NCBI RefSeq assembly: GCF_006345805.1
Contig: NC_042999.1
Span: 93,682,001-93,746,000, forward strand
DNA length: 64,000 nucleotides
Direction: 5' to 3'
Source of the DNA: Octopus sinensis
Taxonomy: Eukaryota
Part shown: one piece after another, positions 12,421 to 23,959 of the stretch
How the letters are laid out: every line of letters starts with the position of its first letter
Position numbering within the stretch: position 1 is the stretch's first letter
The notes under the pieces: model-generated
The model's input: the letters and a program-made list of their open reading frames with translations, nothing else
What the model was told of the DNA's origin: nothing
Database searches by the model: none
Translations under genes and position numbers: made by a program

Positions 12421-13649
12421 TATATTGTTTAATCTGGACAATCTACTAATTTTCAAATATATTTAATTCAGTTTGAAATGAAGTTCTGAGAATTTTTGCT
12501 CTTCAGAGTACTGGCTTTGGATGATAAGATCACAGTAAGTTTAAAACACTGAGGACAAGTTTCAGCACTACACGTCCTCAATACTGTTCTTAGAAAGTCA
12601 AGATCAATCCAAGCAGAAAGCTACGCTTCCATTATTGGATGGAAGTATTTTTAATAAAAGTTTCAAAAATTTCGCTGACTGATACCAGATAAAGCCTTCA
12701 TGTAAATGAAGTTATGAACCAGAATATACGTTGCTTTATTTAAAGGTAAGAGATAGGGAAACCATGAATTCAATAGATGCAGCTGAAAATAAATAATATA
12801 ACCATGCGTGGAAGTAATTACAGAGTCAAAATTCATATATTCTCTAAAAAAGTGGTGGTAATGATATTAAAGTTAAAGTAAAGTAATTAAATTTGAGGCA
12901 ACATAAATCTTACTGCATCACTTAGAAGTATTCATTTGAAAGGAGGCAATTCTAAGAGGATTAATTCAGGGGGAAGATTAAAACCAGTAGCTAATACAAA
13001 TAGGCAATAATAATTGTTATAATAAGGTGTTTACCGTTTCACAAGGGAAATAATTAAAGGTGATGACTCAAATATTCAAGGATAAATCTGGATAAATGAA
13101 TCAAAGGAAATCCTGGTGAAGTTAATCAAAGATGGGAAATTATTTCAAAAAATAGAAATTAATTATATCTAAGGATTGCAATTGAATCCCCAACCTAAAG
13201 GCTTCAGATTTCATGTTAGGTTCCATTTTCATTACATAGATTAAATTAACTGGAATATTAGTGAGTTTATTAAATTTTGAGGGTTGTTGAAGAGAAACCG
13301 CAGCCTTACACATTGCAACGTTTGTATTTCATATTTCATTTGGTCATACCCATGAAGATATAAATTAAAATTTTAAGGATAAAAGCAGTTTACTGTAGCA
13401 GTCCTTATGTAAGCACTAAAAGGAGCTACAAACATTGATATCTGCGAATCCTGATAGATGGCGACACTAGACATATATGGTATTATTACACGATTTACCA
13501 TTAGAGAACATTTTCTCTACAGTAACAGCAGTGAATTTTCCTTTTTGCAGTTGAAGTATATCACAAACGTATTTTAACACACATACATCTTGCTTATGCC
13601 AAAGCTCTGTTTGGCCTAAATATCACATAAATTTCCACGACCAAGCTGT

Positions 13650-14300
13650 CTGCTGGCGCGTATCAGTCAATGTTATTGACTGATTTATAGTTCAATCTAT
13701 AGCTTTAATAAACTTTGTAAAGAGTTGTCTCATTTACCTACATTTGTGCTGCTGAAATCTTTGCTAGTGTGAGTCATATTTTTTGTTGGTGAATGCTTGT
13801 TGTTCTGCGGGTTCCAGTGGAATCGAACTTTTGTTATCGTGTTGATGGTGTTTTCGCCCTACGGTGCGGAAAATTACTTTACAGCAGATCCCCATTTATT
13901 TCAGGACCTTGAGAGGAAATGTTTTCCACATCCTTTATTCTTGCATGTTTGGCACATATTTGTTGTTGGTTAGCTTTAAGTCTAATTTAAATGAGGGAAA
14001 ATGCGAGCAAATTGTTCTCCAGGTACATCAATTCTGTGTAGGATTATTTAGGACTACATGAACCAGAAGTTCATTACCTAAGACAATGTTATTTGAGGTG
14101 AGGTAGATTTCAGTGTTATTATAAATGGCCAAACATCCTTAGAGATGCATCTTCATTGGCTCATTTTCAACTTTCTTATGATTGCTGGTGAATAGCTCAT
14201 CAATCTGTCACGAGCGCTATTCATTAATTTTATTTTATTTTAAAATTAATATTGTTCAGCTCTACTGAAAAATGATGATTGATGTTTTGTTCGGTTTTAA
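13650..14300 (-). pseudogene. Decayed RTE-like LINE 3' relic
   Basis: NKWGSAVK...ITKVRFHWNPQ resembles RTE C-terminal W.GHV.R...PK.AL.W.P.G. Confidence 0.3.
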
Positions 14301-14659
14301 AGAAATATGATGTCTCTTTAACCAACATTAGTTTCCGAGAAATAGCGTTTGCGTTGTTGCATCCAACTAAATTATCGAAATTGAATTTTGCTTTCATTTT
14401 CCATGGGTCGATAGTGGATATCATAGAACGGATATATAGCGAGTAATTCCTCTCTAAAAGTAGACGTCTATTTCTTGTGGAATAAAAGGAAATTATCTTT
14501 TGAATGTTCTACTAAAAAACGTCATCCCCTTCTCCTTCGAACCCTCCTCCTCCTCCTCCTCCTCCTAATTATTATTATCATCGTCATCAAAATCTCTGTT
14601 TTGTGGCATTAAAATCTGAATAACAAGCATTATGTTAGAAATGTGTTCATATAATAAGA

Positions 14660-14776
14660 AGGAAATAAATGCACATACACACACAGATGCACACACACAC
14701 ACACATACGCACGCATATACGCACACACGCATGCATACACATACATGCATATATATATACATATACATACACACAT

Positions 14777-14830
<54 letters not shown>
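14660..14830. repeat. Compound (AC)n/(AT)n microsatellite
   Basis: Directly visible. Similar arrays elsewhere include 24540-24705, 27617-27682, 36160-36290, 39540-39780, 43795-43890, 44350-44520, 51185-51430 and 55440-55580. Confidence 0.95.
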
Positions 14831-14831
<1 letters not shown>

Positions 14832-15869
14832 TGGAAGAGAGAGACACACAGAGGTAGTGACAAAAAGAAAGGGATAACGGTAACACAGAAACTTGCTCTT
14901 CAAACTTACCTTACATCATCGAAGACAGAAAGCCATAGCACATATGTAGAAGTGTGTCAGTCAATAAGATGAAATTGGATGGAATTATTTGTAAAGAAAC
15001 AACATTACCCATATACGCGTTAATTGAAATGATCATTAAAGTCGAAAATAAAGAAAGAAACGAATAAAGATATTTTATAGAAATGAAAAATGTAAAATTT
15101 ATTGGGAGATATTTTCGAAAGATGCATTCTAATTAGTGTGAAGAAAGTAAAACAGAATAATACAAAAGGCTGTTTGAAAAATAAGAAAAAGTATTTAATG
15201 GCTTGAAGAGGGGATGTAACTGGAGTATTACAATTTTGGAATGTATGTTAGAAAACAATGTTAAGTGTGGGTTTTAAATATTTGTAGTAAAACATAATTG
15301 ACATAATGGGTATGTAAAAAATATTCTAAAAGATCTCGAATCAAGAAGCAAAATTTACTAAAATGTAAATAATGGTGCTATGTAAAATATCACTAGGTCA
15401 AACGATGATCGTTTTGAGTTAGCAATATACAAAAGTACATACGATATATAATGGAAAATGAAGATAAACACAGGTTTAAATTATTAGTTCATACGTACTT
15501 TTTACTAATGTTATTAGATCCCTATAACATAATAGAATAAAGTGGTCTCCTGATGATTCATTCAAATACATATCGAACATCCAACGCTTCTAAATAACTG
15601 CAATCGTGAAACGTACGTAGGAACTAACAATTTATAGCAGTTTATCTTAACATTCTCCAACATATAATCTGTATACAATAACTAGTGGCACTCCTAAGAT
15701 CAGTGGAACACTAATCACTATACTGGCAGTTAGTTGGAAAATGATAATCTACGTAGTAGATTCCTACAACGGTAGTTGTACACTTCACTGTACACACGGG
15801 ATATGATATTCAATGACCAAAAATTCAAATCCTACTGCCTGAAGCTAAGTTACTTATCTTTTATGTTTA

Positions 15870-16085
15870 GTTTGTTTCAGTTATTAGACTGTGGCCAAGA
15901 TGAGGCACCACCTTGAAGAAGTTTTACTAGTATGTATCGATCCTAATACTTACTTTTTAAAAGTCTAGTACTTATTTTGATGGTCTCTTTTGCTGAATCG
16001 CTGTGTACGTGACGTAAACAAACCGGTTATCAGGCAGTGGTGAGGGGACAAACACAGTCACAAACACACACACACACACACAGAT
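15870..16085 (-). mobile_element. SINE (family B) with a CR1-like 3' tail
   Basis: Terminal TGTTTCAG...CTGTGGCCAAGATGAGGCACCACC matches the 3' end of the CR1-like LINE at 60481-60520 (20/24 in the core). Bounded by (AC)n. Confidence 0.65.
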
Positions 16086-16289
16086 ACACGTAAGTGATGG
16101 GTTGATGCTATGTACTTTTAACAGGAATGTCGAGGCAAGGGTAATTTGAAACTTGGGGGCTAATGCCGTTTCGCACCTCTCCTTGAAAAATGTCTTTTTT
16201 GGAAAATATTTTTTAGGTTTCTTACGTTATAGATGTCGGAGATTACAAATACGCAAAATAAATATTTTTTAAAGTTTCACCCTTCTCCC

Positions 16290-17245
16290 AAAATGGAAAT
16301 CTTTTTTACTTCAAAGATGCACCTCGTTCTGGCAGTCCAGTTAAGTTCGATGAAGAGCGATTAAACCAACTTTTGCACGAAAATTCTCGTCAGATGACAA
16401 GGGAAATGACAGAGGAAATGGAATGCTCCCACACTGCTATAGAGAAGCATCTTCACTCGATGGGAAAGATTCAGAAGTATGGCGCATGGGTTCCGCATGC
16501 TTTATGTGGCAACAACAAAAATCAAAGAGTCACAATCTCCGCTGGTTTGCTTGCTAGTCACCGCTCAACTCATGGACACAAGGAACGATTTGTTTTACCC
16601 AATCGTTACTGGCGACGAAAAATGGTGCCTGTACATCAATATGAAGCAGTGTAAGGAATGACTTAGCCCCGGTAAACAAGCAACACGACGCGTGAAACAA
16701 GATCTACATTCGCGTAAAATGATGTTGTGCGTATGGTGGGACTAGGAAGGGATTATCCATAACGAATTGCTTGAACGTAACCAAACGGTCAACGCGGAAC
16801 TCAATGTTCGACAGATGAAACGACTCAAAACGGCTATTCAAGACAAAAGACCTAATCGGCAGCATGGAATTCTTCTGCTGCACGACAACGCCTGCTCTCA
16901 TATCGCCAATATGACCAAGGAAGCCATTCAAAAGCATGGCTGGGAAGTGCTCCCACATCCGACTGACTCTTCTAATTTGGCACCAACGGATTTCCACCTC
17001 TTTCGATCTCTTTCAAATGCTATGTGCGGAGCTTCATTCAATACTGATGCAGAAATGAGAGCTTGGTTGGATCAATTTTTCGAGTCGAAATCAGGCGATT
17101 TCTACCAACGAGGTATTGAAAATCTTGTTGAACGTTGGGAAGAAGTTGTAAACAACAAGGGTGAATACATTATCGATTATTTTTTTTATTAAACCTTTTT
17201 AAAGATTAAAAAATACGGCGGGAACGCAAATTGCCACCCCAATAT
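16290..17245 (+). mobile_element. mariner (D,D34D) transposon relic, 5' end missing
   Basis: DAPRSG, WVPHAL, IVTGDEKWCLY, MLCVWWD and HDNA-x-LAPTDFHLF with 34-residue D-D spacing. One frameshift and two stops. TIR-like end near 17210-17245. Confidence 0.92.
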
Positions 17246-17336
17246 TATTTACACTTATTTAAGGCGAACACAAGTAAGACGCAAATTCATTTCACTTCAA
17301 TGTTTTTGTCTATATTTAATTTCGATTTGCATATTA

Positions 17337-17608
17337 CAGTCCTATATTTAAGATACCAGGAATTATGTACATAATTTACATTTGACGGATATTTGTCCTC
17401 AACTTGTTTGTTGTTAACACAACCTTTCGGCTGTTATACCTCCCAGTCTTCATCAGGTGCCTCGATGACATATCGAACCTGGGTTCTCATTTCTAAGGTA
17501 TTTTTCGATGCTGTTGTTGTTGTTGTTATTATTATTATTCAAGTCACTGCCTGGAATCGAACACGGAATCTTGGGATTAGTAACCCGCGCTCTTAACCAC
17601 TACTCCAT
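17337..17608 (-). mobile_element. tRNA-headed SINE-like element carrying a hammerhead-ribozyme motif
   Basis: Minus strand: A-box TAGTGGTTAAG (17602-17592), B-box GTTCGATTCC (17562-17553), (AAT)n(AAC)n linker, hammerhead core, then a tail shared with copies at 39790 and 46285. Confidence 0.75.
17416..17461 (-). ncRNA. Minimal type I hammerhead ribozyme motif (copy 1, slightly mutated)
   Basis: GGCAC-CUGAUGA-A-GACUG(loop)CAGCC-GAAAG-GUU-GUGUU. Core boxes present and stem I pairs; one stem II mismatch; C15.2 changed to G. Confidence 0.6.
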
Positions 17609-17809
17609 GGAAATTGAAGTCACTCATCATTAAAATATTATCAGGATAATATTGTTTAATGAAAGACTTGATATTCGTGAGGCAGTTCTTGAAGCACAGT
17701 AGTGGTGCATGAGGTGACCTGTAAAGCCCAACTATTACTAAATTATTCGTTTTGTTATAGAGAGATACTGATTCACAATAGCCATTGAAAAATGAGACAT
17801 TTGTTTCTG

Positions 17810-18357
17810 TAGTAAATGATTAATGGAGGAAAATGGAAACCCCCACTTTCTTCTACCGATGCGGTTTGCTCGGATTGTGGTGAAATTCCTCGCTTTTACT
17901 TCAGCTTCCAAGTGGAGTTGTCAAGTGGGAATTTCAGTAAGGATGAAGAAGGGAATGTGATGAGTTTGGTCGGTAACCCAATCCTCATTGAACTGGATCT
18001 TCCATCTTTTTGAATGGAAGGGTGTGCAGATGCCTTGTACATTGAGTAAGAATGTTGAGACTGAAGTAGTGGCCTGGTTAGACTTTTTTAGAGGCCTCGA
18101 TAGATATTTATGTGTTAATTGTAGTGAGGAAGATAGGTTTTGCACTGAGGTAGCGGCAGAGGTTGGTTCCGTGTGATAACCAAGATACTCTTCTGGATCC
18201 CTTTGGCTAGTTTCCGCATGAATAAAAAAGAATAATGAACCTGGTTAAGGAGAACTTCGTGGCTGGAGTTGTGTTTACATTCACAGTTATATTGGTTGCT
18301 TCTATCGCTTCGAATAGATGTTCTTCATTTTTCCTGCGCTGTTCGGGAAATTCGTGC
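17810..18357 (-). pseudogene. CR1/L2-like LINE: end of ORF1 and start of ORF2 endonuclease (left of hAT insertion)
   Basis: LLNVQGI...FFILTEIPT*QLHLEAEVKARNFTTIRANRIGRRKWG matches APE N-terminal motifs (N..G; .TETxL; R.DR..R.GG). Confidence 0.6.
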
Positions 18358-21300
18358 CAGTGGCGTGCGGTGACTTCCGGCGTTGGGCATGCAATTAATT
18401 TCATTGCCCCCCCCCCCGGCAATTTTTCAGTAAAACATTTTCGTATTCCTACGATTTACATATAAGAGATTCTGAATATGCAGAATAAACAGGGAATAAA
18501 AAATGGCTGTGCAGAGATGATCCTGAAATAAGTGTATTGTTTGTATTATTCTTTGCTCTTCGAAACGTCAGTACTTTCCCATCCTCATTCTCCCTTACAA
18601 AAGTCTAAAAATCATAAGTGAAATGTAATAAAGATGAAATTGGATTCTGTCAATATTTTTGCATATTCAGAATCTCTGTTAAAGGTAGGAATCCGAAAAA
18701 AAATTTTCACATAAATTCGTTTTTCAAAGGGGTGCGATTCTGCATTAGCCCCTATACCTATCGGTTGAGCTGAATGAAATGATTTAATTAAAAGAACACA
18801 TTTAGTTACATTATATGGCCATGGTTTTAGATCGTTACGCTCTCGAAGACAAGTCAGGTTCTTTATCATGCTACTTGTCAATTCCGGGAAAATTATTGAC
18901 TGTTCTGAGACTTACTGAACTCCGTACATTAAAGGACTACGTCTCACGCACAAACATTGAAAATACACGCATATACATGAATACGCACACAATGAAAGAC
19001 AGCGAAAATTCAACATTGTAAAAAGCCTCCCAAAACTGTTGTGACAGAAGTCAACATCTCTGAGATTGAAACAAGACACTTATTGAAAGTGAAACAAAAC
19101 ACTTATTTACGGCCGTAAATAGACTACACCCAGCAGCACAGAAAGGGAAATCTATGTAGGTTAGGTTTCACGAAGAAATCAAAACATTTCTCCTGCGAAA
19201 CAATACTGATGTAAGAAGGTCGAACCTTACGTTATAACAAACACTTAGCAAAACCTGTAATATATGCTCTTTAATATATATTTTTTTTAATGTTTTAAAA
19301 TGTTACTTAGCTCATTTATAAATTAATTCAATTCTTCGATCTTTCTGGGCAAATATATCTATCACATTTTCATAGAAATCTTCTCTTTTCATCAATTCTT
19401 GTAATAAATCTTTTTCAATTGACATTAGTGCTAACCCAGACAGTCTTCTTTCTCCTGTCGCATTTCTTTGGTATGTTTTAATTCTACTTAATGCAGAAAA
19501 GGATCGCTCTACAGAAGCAGTGGTAGACGGAATTGTCAAAATCAACTTGCACAGATTGAAGAGTTCTGGCATAGCTTCAACAAGATCAGTGCTGTTAATG
19601 TAACTCATTAAATGACTTACACTTGGTTTTTTAAAATCTTTCATTGAATACATCACATTGAGCTCACTTTGTAATCGTATTACATCAAAAAATCTGCCAT
19701 AAGTTGTTCTTAAAGAATCTAAAGAGTCCACAGGAAATTGTTTGCAATACTCATCAACTTTGTTGAAATTCAAAAGTTCCATGAATTTAAACTCTTCTAA
19801 GGATGAATATCGTGCTTTTATTTGGTCAACTATTGTACTTATAATTTTGTTATAAAGCGTTCTATAATGTCGTTGGGGATCAATAGATATATTCTTGGAT
19901 CTCTGAATTCCGATTCCTGCATCGACTCCATATTTTTCCCCTAACCTATCATAAAAGACTGAAAAATTATCAAGTTTGTTTTCGAGTACAGTTCTAGTTT
20001 TATCTATTTGCTGTTTACAATACACTATGTCATGACTTTTACTCTGGAGTATGTTAAATAAGACGTCAGTAAAAGAAAAAATGTCACTGAATACCTCTAA
20101 CAAAAATAAGAAATCAGGAGCTTTTAAAGTGTGTAAGAATCCAATTGCTGAATTTATGGTGATATCATCCCATGCTTCAGGATTTTCAATGATGTGTTCA
20201 AAAAGGCTGATTATGAAATTATAATTTTCCTTTGTGGTAATAATAAGACGTGAGGAGTAATTCCATCTAGTTGCTGTTGCTTTCGGAAATCTTTTTTTAA
20301 CAATATTATCTAATGCATTAGTCCTTTTCGGTGATTTCGTAAAAAATGTACCGAGTCCGTTTATTGTAGAAAAAAATATCTTGCATTCTTTCATAGCAGA
20401 GCATGATTGTGAAAGAACTAAATTTAGGATATGGGCACAACAATGAATAAAGATCGCACATTCATATTTCTTTCTTACTTTTGCCTGTAACCCATTTAGT
20501 TGTCCTGCCATTGTAGCGGCACCATCATATGTCTGCGCAATCAATTTGTTTCCACATTCCCACGTCTCAATGCATTTAAACACATGTTCAGATAAAGCAT
20601 TTGCAGATCGATCTGCACTAACATCACTAAAACCGATAAATCGTTCTTTCGTCACACAGTCTTCTGTAACATAACGTAAAACTGTTGACAGTTGTGAAGA
20701 TGCTGAGACATCAGATGTCTCATCAACAAGAATAGAAACAAACTTAGCTTGGTCAATTTCCTTCTGCATCTCATTCAACATAACTTTATGAATTGCTTCG
20801 ATCAAGTCATTTTGAATTCTGTTCGACAGACCAGTGAAGATAGAAGCTGTATCTAAATGACTTTCCATTTGTTTGTCATACTTACTGATCAAATAAACGA
20901 GTTCTTTATAATTTCCCCGATTATTAGAGCCTTCAGATTCAAAATGACCCCGAAACGATAATTCCTGGAGGCCTAAAAAAATAACAACATCGATCAATCG
21001 TTGCAGAATGGATCTGTTTCGTCGAACTTTCTCATTATGCTGTTGTATGCTTTGATTTTTACGTGCATCTAATTGTAAGTCTATGCGAACATTCCCGAAT
21101 ATTTTAAGGTCTATCAAACATTTTATATGCCTTTGAGAACGCTCGTGCTTTAGCATAGCCATATGTAAATTATTTAAATCATCATAGCCTTTATCATTCC
21201 AAACATTTTTTTCTAAGCCAAAAAGTAAACACGGCCAACAGAATAATTTATTAAGAGCAACACTTCCAGTTAACCATTTCTTCTTTTCATACGAATTAAC

Positions 21301-22154
21301 CTGAAATTGTCTCGTGAATTTCTAGTTGTAGCTTCGCAAATTAGGTAAATTCGGTGTTGGTCTCCCGCGATTTATAATTAATTTTTTTCCCATCGAAGTC
21401 CCTTTTAGAAAAACTAGTTCTCAAAATATCGTTTATAGCACACATTTCACTCATTTTGAAAAAGGCTGCTCTTATTTAAGGACCTACGTGGAAGCGCCGG
21501 CGTAAATTTTAAGTCAATTTCAACAAAACGGAAAAATACCCTTTGTTAAATTAATTTAAGATTAATTAGCTATTTCTGAAATAAGAAATATAATGTAGAT
21601 ATTTTTGCTTTCAAAACTTTCTAAAAATATGATAGTGCAAACGGATGTTTTGGATAAAAAATTTCAAACTTACATGCGAAGGCTATTCCAACATTTCAGC
21701 TGGCTAAAACAAGAATTATGGGACGGCTCTTGTTCCGGTCAAAATAGCCAGAGAGGCGTGAAATGCGATTTTAGCACAGCATGACACGCCAAACTGAATT
21801 TGTCGAATCGCTGAGAGAGAAGGGGGTGACCATTCCTCGTAGTATATCTTTTAAACAAAGAAAGAGGAAGAAGGGACAAACTATCAAAGACAGAGAGAAG
21901 GGACTCATGCTGTCTTCCCAACGCATGACAAGGGATAAATTTATCGAGTCACTAACATAGAGAGAGAGAGAGGGGAAGGAAGGACAAACTAATACAGACA
22001 GAGAGGGAGTGTGTATCATGCGATCTTCTAAAAGCATTTATCAAAGCAGATGTACGAAGTGGAGACAATATTTCTAAAACAACTGGACGTATTTTCTTTG
22101 AAACAAAGAAGGCATGCAGCGCATACCTTGCATTGCTGAGAGTGCACGCCCCTG
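18358..22154 (-). mobile_element. Complete hAT DNA transposon (3797 bp)
   Basis: TIRs CAGTGGCGTGC (18358-18368) and GCACGCCCCTG (22144-22154), 10/11 match. Perfect 8-bp TSD ATTCGTGC at 18350-18357 and 22155-22162. Encodes a transposase. Confidence 0.95.
19312..21162 (-). CDS. hAT transposase (ZMYM1-like/DUF4371 plus hAT dimerisation domain), 616 aa from an internal Met; the natural start is probably 21454
   Basis: Catalytic-type motifs VDETSD, YDGA, CCAH (CxxH), TRW and SVERSFS all present. The upstream in-frame extension carries a TTF-type zinc-finger half (WL...FCWPCLLF) but has a TAG at 21324-21322 and a +1 shift in the T7 run at 21382-21388. Confidence 0.9.
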   Translation of the reverse strand: MAMLKHERSQRHIKCLIDLKIFGNVRIDLQLDARKNQSIQQHNEKVRRNRSILQRLIDVVIFLGLQELSFRGHFESEGSNNRGNYKELVYLISKYDKQMESHLDTASIFTGLSNRIQNDLIEAIHKVMLNEMQKEIDQAKFVSILVDETSDVSASSQLSTVLRYVTEDCVTKERFIGFSDVSADRSANALSEHVFKCIETWECGNKLIAQTYDGAATMAGQLNGLQAKVRKKYECAIFIHCCAHILNLVLSQSCSAMKECKIFFSTINGLGTFFTKSPKRTNALDNIVKKRFPKATATRWNYSSRLIITTKENYNFIISLFEHIIENPEAWDDITINSAIGFLHTLKAPDFLFLLEVFSDIFSFTDVLFNILQSKSHDIVYCKQQIDKTRTVLENKLDNFSVFYDRLGEKYGVDAGIGIQRSKNISIDPQRHYRTLYNKIISTIVDQIKARYSSLEEFKFMELLNFNKVDEYCKQFPVDSLDSLRTTYGRFFDVIRLQSELNVMYSMKDFKKPSVSHLMSYINSTDLVEAMPELFNLCKLILTIPSTTASVERSFSALSRIKTYQRNATGERRLSGLALMSIEKDLLQELMKREDFYENVIDIFAQKDRRIELIYK

Positions 22155-22162
22155 ATTCGTGC

Positions 22163-23500
22163 CATTAGATTTGTTTTTGTTTTTATCTTTGTTCACGTTG
22201 GGTGTGTGCTTGTAACCAAGTTTGTGGGAAAGGTGCACACCGATGCTACTGCAATAGGGTTGATACTTTTGGAGTGGATTTTGGTGATAGCTGGTAGTAT
22301 TGTTTTTAATTTGTACTTCGACGGTAAATTACAATGTTGCTGTAAACATACTCTCTCACGCTGGGAGTAACGGCAGCTTACGATTTCTTGATTTTTGTGG
22401 TGTTCCAGTAGTAGAAGAGAAATTGTGGGGGTAGTATCTGATGCTTGAGCGTCTTGTTGCTGGAAGATGAGTGAAATTACAATCACGGTTTGTACCTTGC
22501 CTTTCGCGTAGGGAATGACGGCATATTTTTGGAATGTGAATTGAACTTGAAATTGTGTAGAGGGGAGTGGATTGTAAATAGTTTGAGATTAGGAATCGTT
22601 TGACTTTAATAATGGTAATAGGGTAGTGGGGACGAGAGAGGGGAAGAGGAGCAGTGGTTGATTTGTACACTAACCGAGATAGTAGTAGTAGCAATGGTAC
22701 TAATTTTGTTAGTGGAGCTGTCGTGGTGGGAAAGGGAGTAGTTGCGATGGTCACTGGCAGAGTTAGAATAGAATGTTTCACTTTGGCCACTAAGAGTAGC
22801 AGCAGTAGGATGAGGAGGAAGAGAGGGGGCGGAGAAGATGAAGGGGTAGAAGTGAGGGGGAGTAGCAGTATAAAATGAAAATACTGATGGTGGCGATGAC
22901 GATGATGGTAGTAAGTTGGCCATGATCCTGTTGTTGTTGTTGTTGTTTATCATGGGCTGTGGTGGATAAAAAGATTCGAGCTAGTTTATCCACGTGGTTA
23001 CTCACGGTGGGATACGTAGCAAAGATATGCTTCAGTTTATTCTCTACTTGTCTCTCGTTTTTGCTATTAAAGTGATGAGTAGCTCTTTTAACAATGAGAA
23101 TGTAGTTTGAGGCATGTATGTTAACAGTCTGAAAGAAAATGAACCATGAGTTAATGAGAGTATCCGCTTCAATATCCGACTAGTTGCGATTTTTAAAGAT
23201 GTGTTGTGCTGGTATTTTTGTTTTTTTGATTTTGTTACTGTTGATGTTGCTGTTGTAGTGAACTACTTATGATTGTTTTTTCAGTATTTTCGATTCGTTG
23301 TTGGTCACTTAACCAAGTTGGTAAACGAAATATTCAAAATATTAACTTCTGTGGTGTATTGACCGGTAGTAGACAATGATACTCGCATATGTTATAATGT
23401 TGAAATAATGTGAAGTATTGTGCGTGTTTGTTAATAGGAATATTCTGTATTTACGAATAATAATTATTATAGTTATAGTATTATATCTTTCGTAATACGT
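22163..23500 (-). pseudogene. CR1/L2-like LINE ORF1 and 5' region (right of hAT insertion)
   Basis: Pro/Thr-rich segments and a degenerate CCCH-like motif KICRHSLRERQGTNRDCNFTH (about 22485-22545), same strand as the endonuclease start at 17810-18357. The 5' boundary is uncertain. Confidence 0.45.
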
Positions 23501-23685
23501 GCTCAGAGTACAAAAGCGTAGCTTTCACTAGAATTAAGCCTTTGTCGTTTTTGAAAAGGAAAAAAATTTTCAGTTGAGTTTTCAATTGAAAATCGAAAAG
23601 TTGGCTTCATATGTATTCTGTTCCATTAGCTACTTACTGGTTAGAGCGGCCTGAAACACGTCTGCTCAGTTTGGCAGCCTATATA

Positions 23686-23782
23686 TACATACATACATAC
23701 ATACATACATACATACATACATACATACATACATACATACATACATACATACATACATGCATACATACATACATACATACAT
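23686..23782. repeat. (ATAC)n tetranucleotide array
   Basis: Directly visible; others near 39487, 60390 and 62615. Confidence 0.95.
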
Positions 23783-23789
23783 ATAATGA

Positions 23790-23950
23790 CAATTTACAAA
23801 AAAAAAAACAAAAGACGAAGACAGGTGTGTATACAACAAACAGATGTATTAGTTTAACGCTCAGGAAGTGAGAAAGACTCTTATGTTTCGAGCCTACAGA
23901 AAGGAATACAAAATTACAGAAAGGAATACAGAAATAAACAGGGATAGAAA
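23790..23950 (-). mobile_element. Dispersed repeat, Penelope pseudo-LTR-like family 2 (partial)
   Basis: AAAGACGAAGACAGGTG...TATTAGTTTAA...GTTTCGAGCCTA shared with 38100-38215 and partly 62690-62745. The PLE origin is inferred. Confidence 0.5.
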
Positions 23951-23959
23951 AAGGTTTTG

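Noticed and set aside
19312-21162. Host ZMYM1-like (domesticated) gene
   Set aside because: Intronless, enclosed by TIRs and a perfect TSD, and with N-terminal lesions: it is a transposon, not a domesticated gene.
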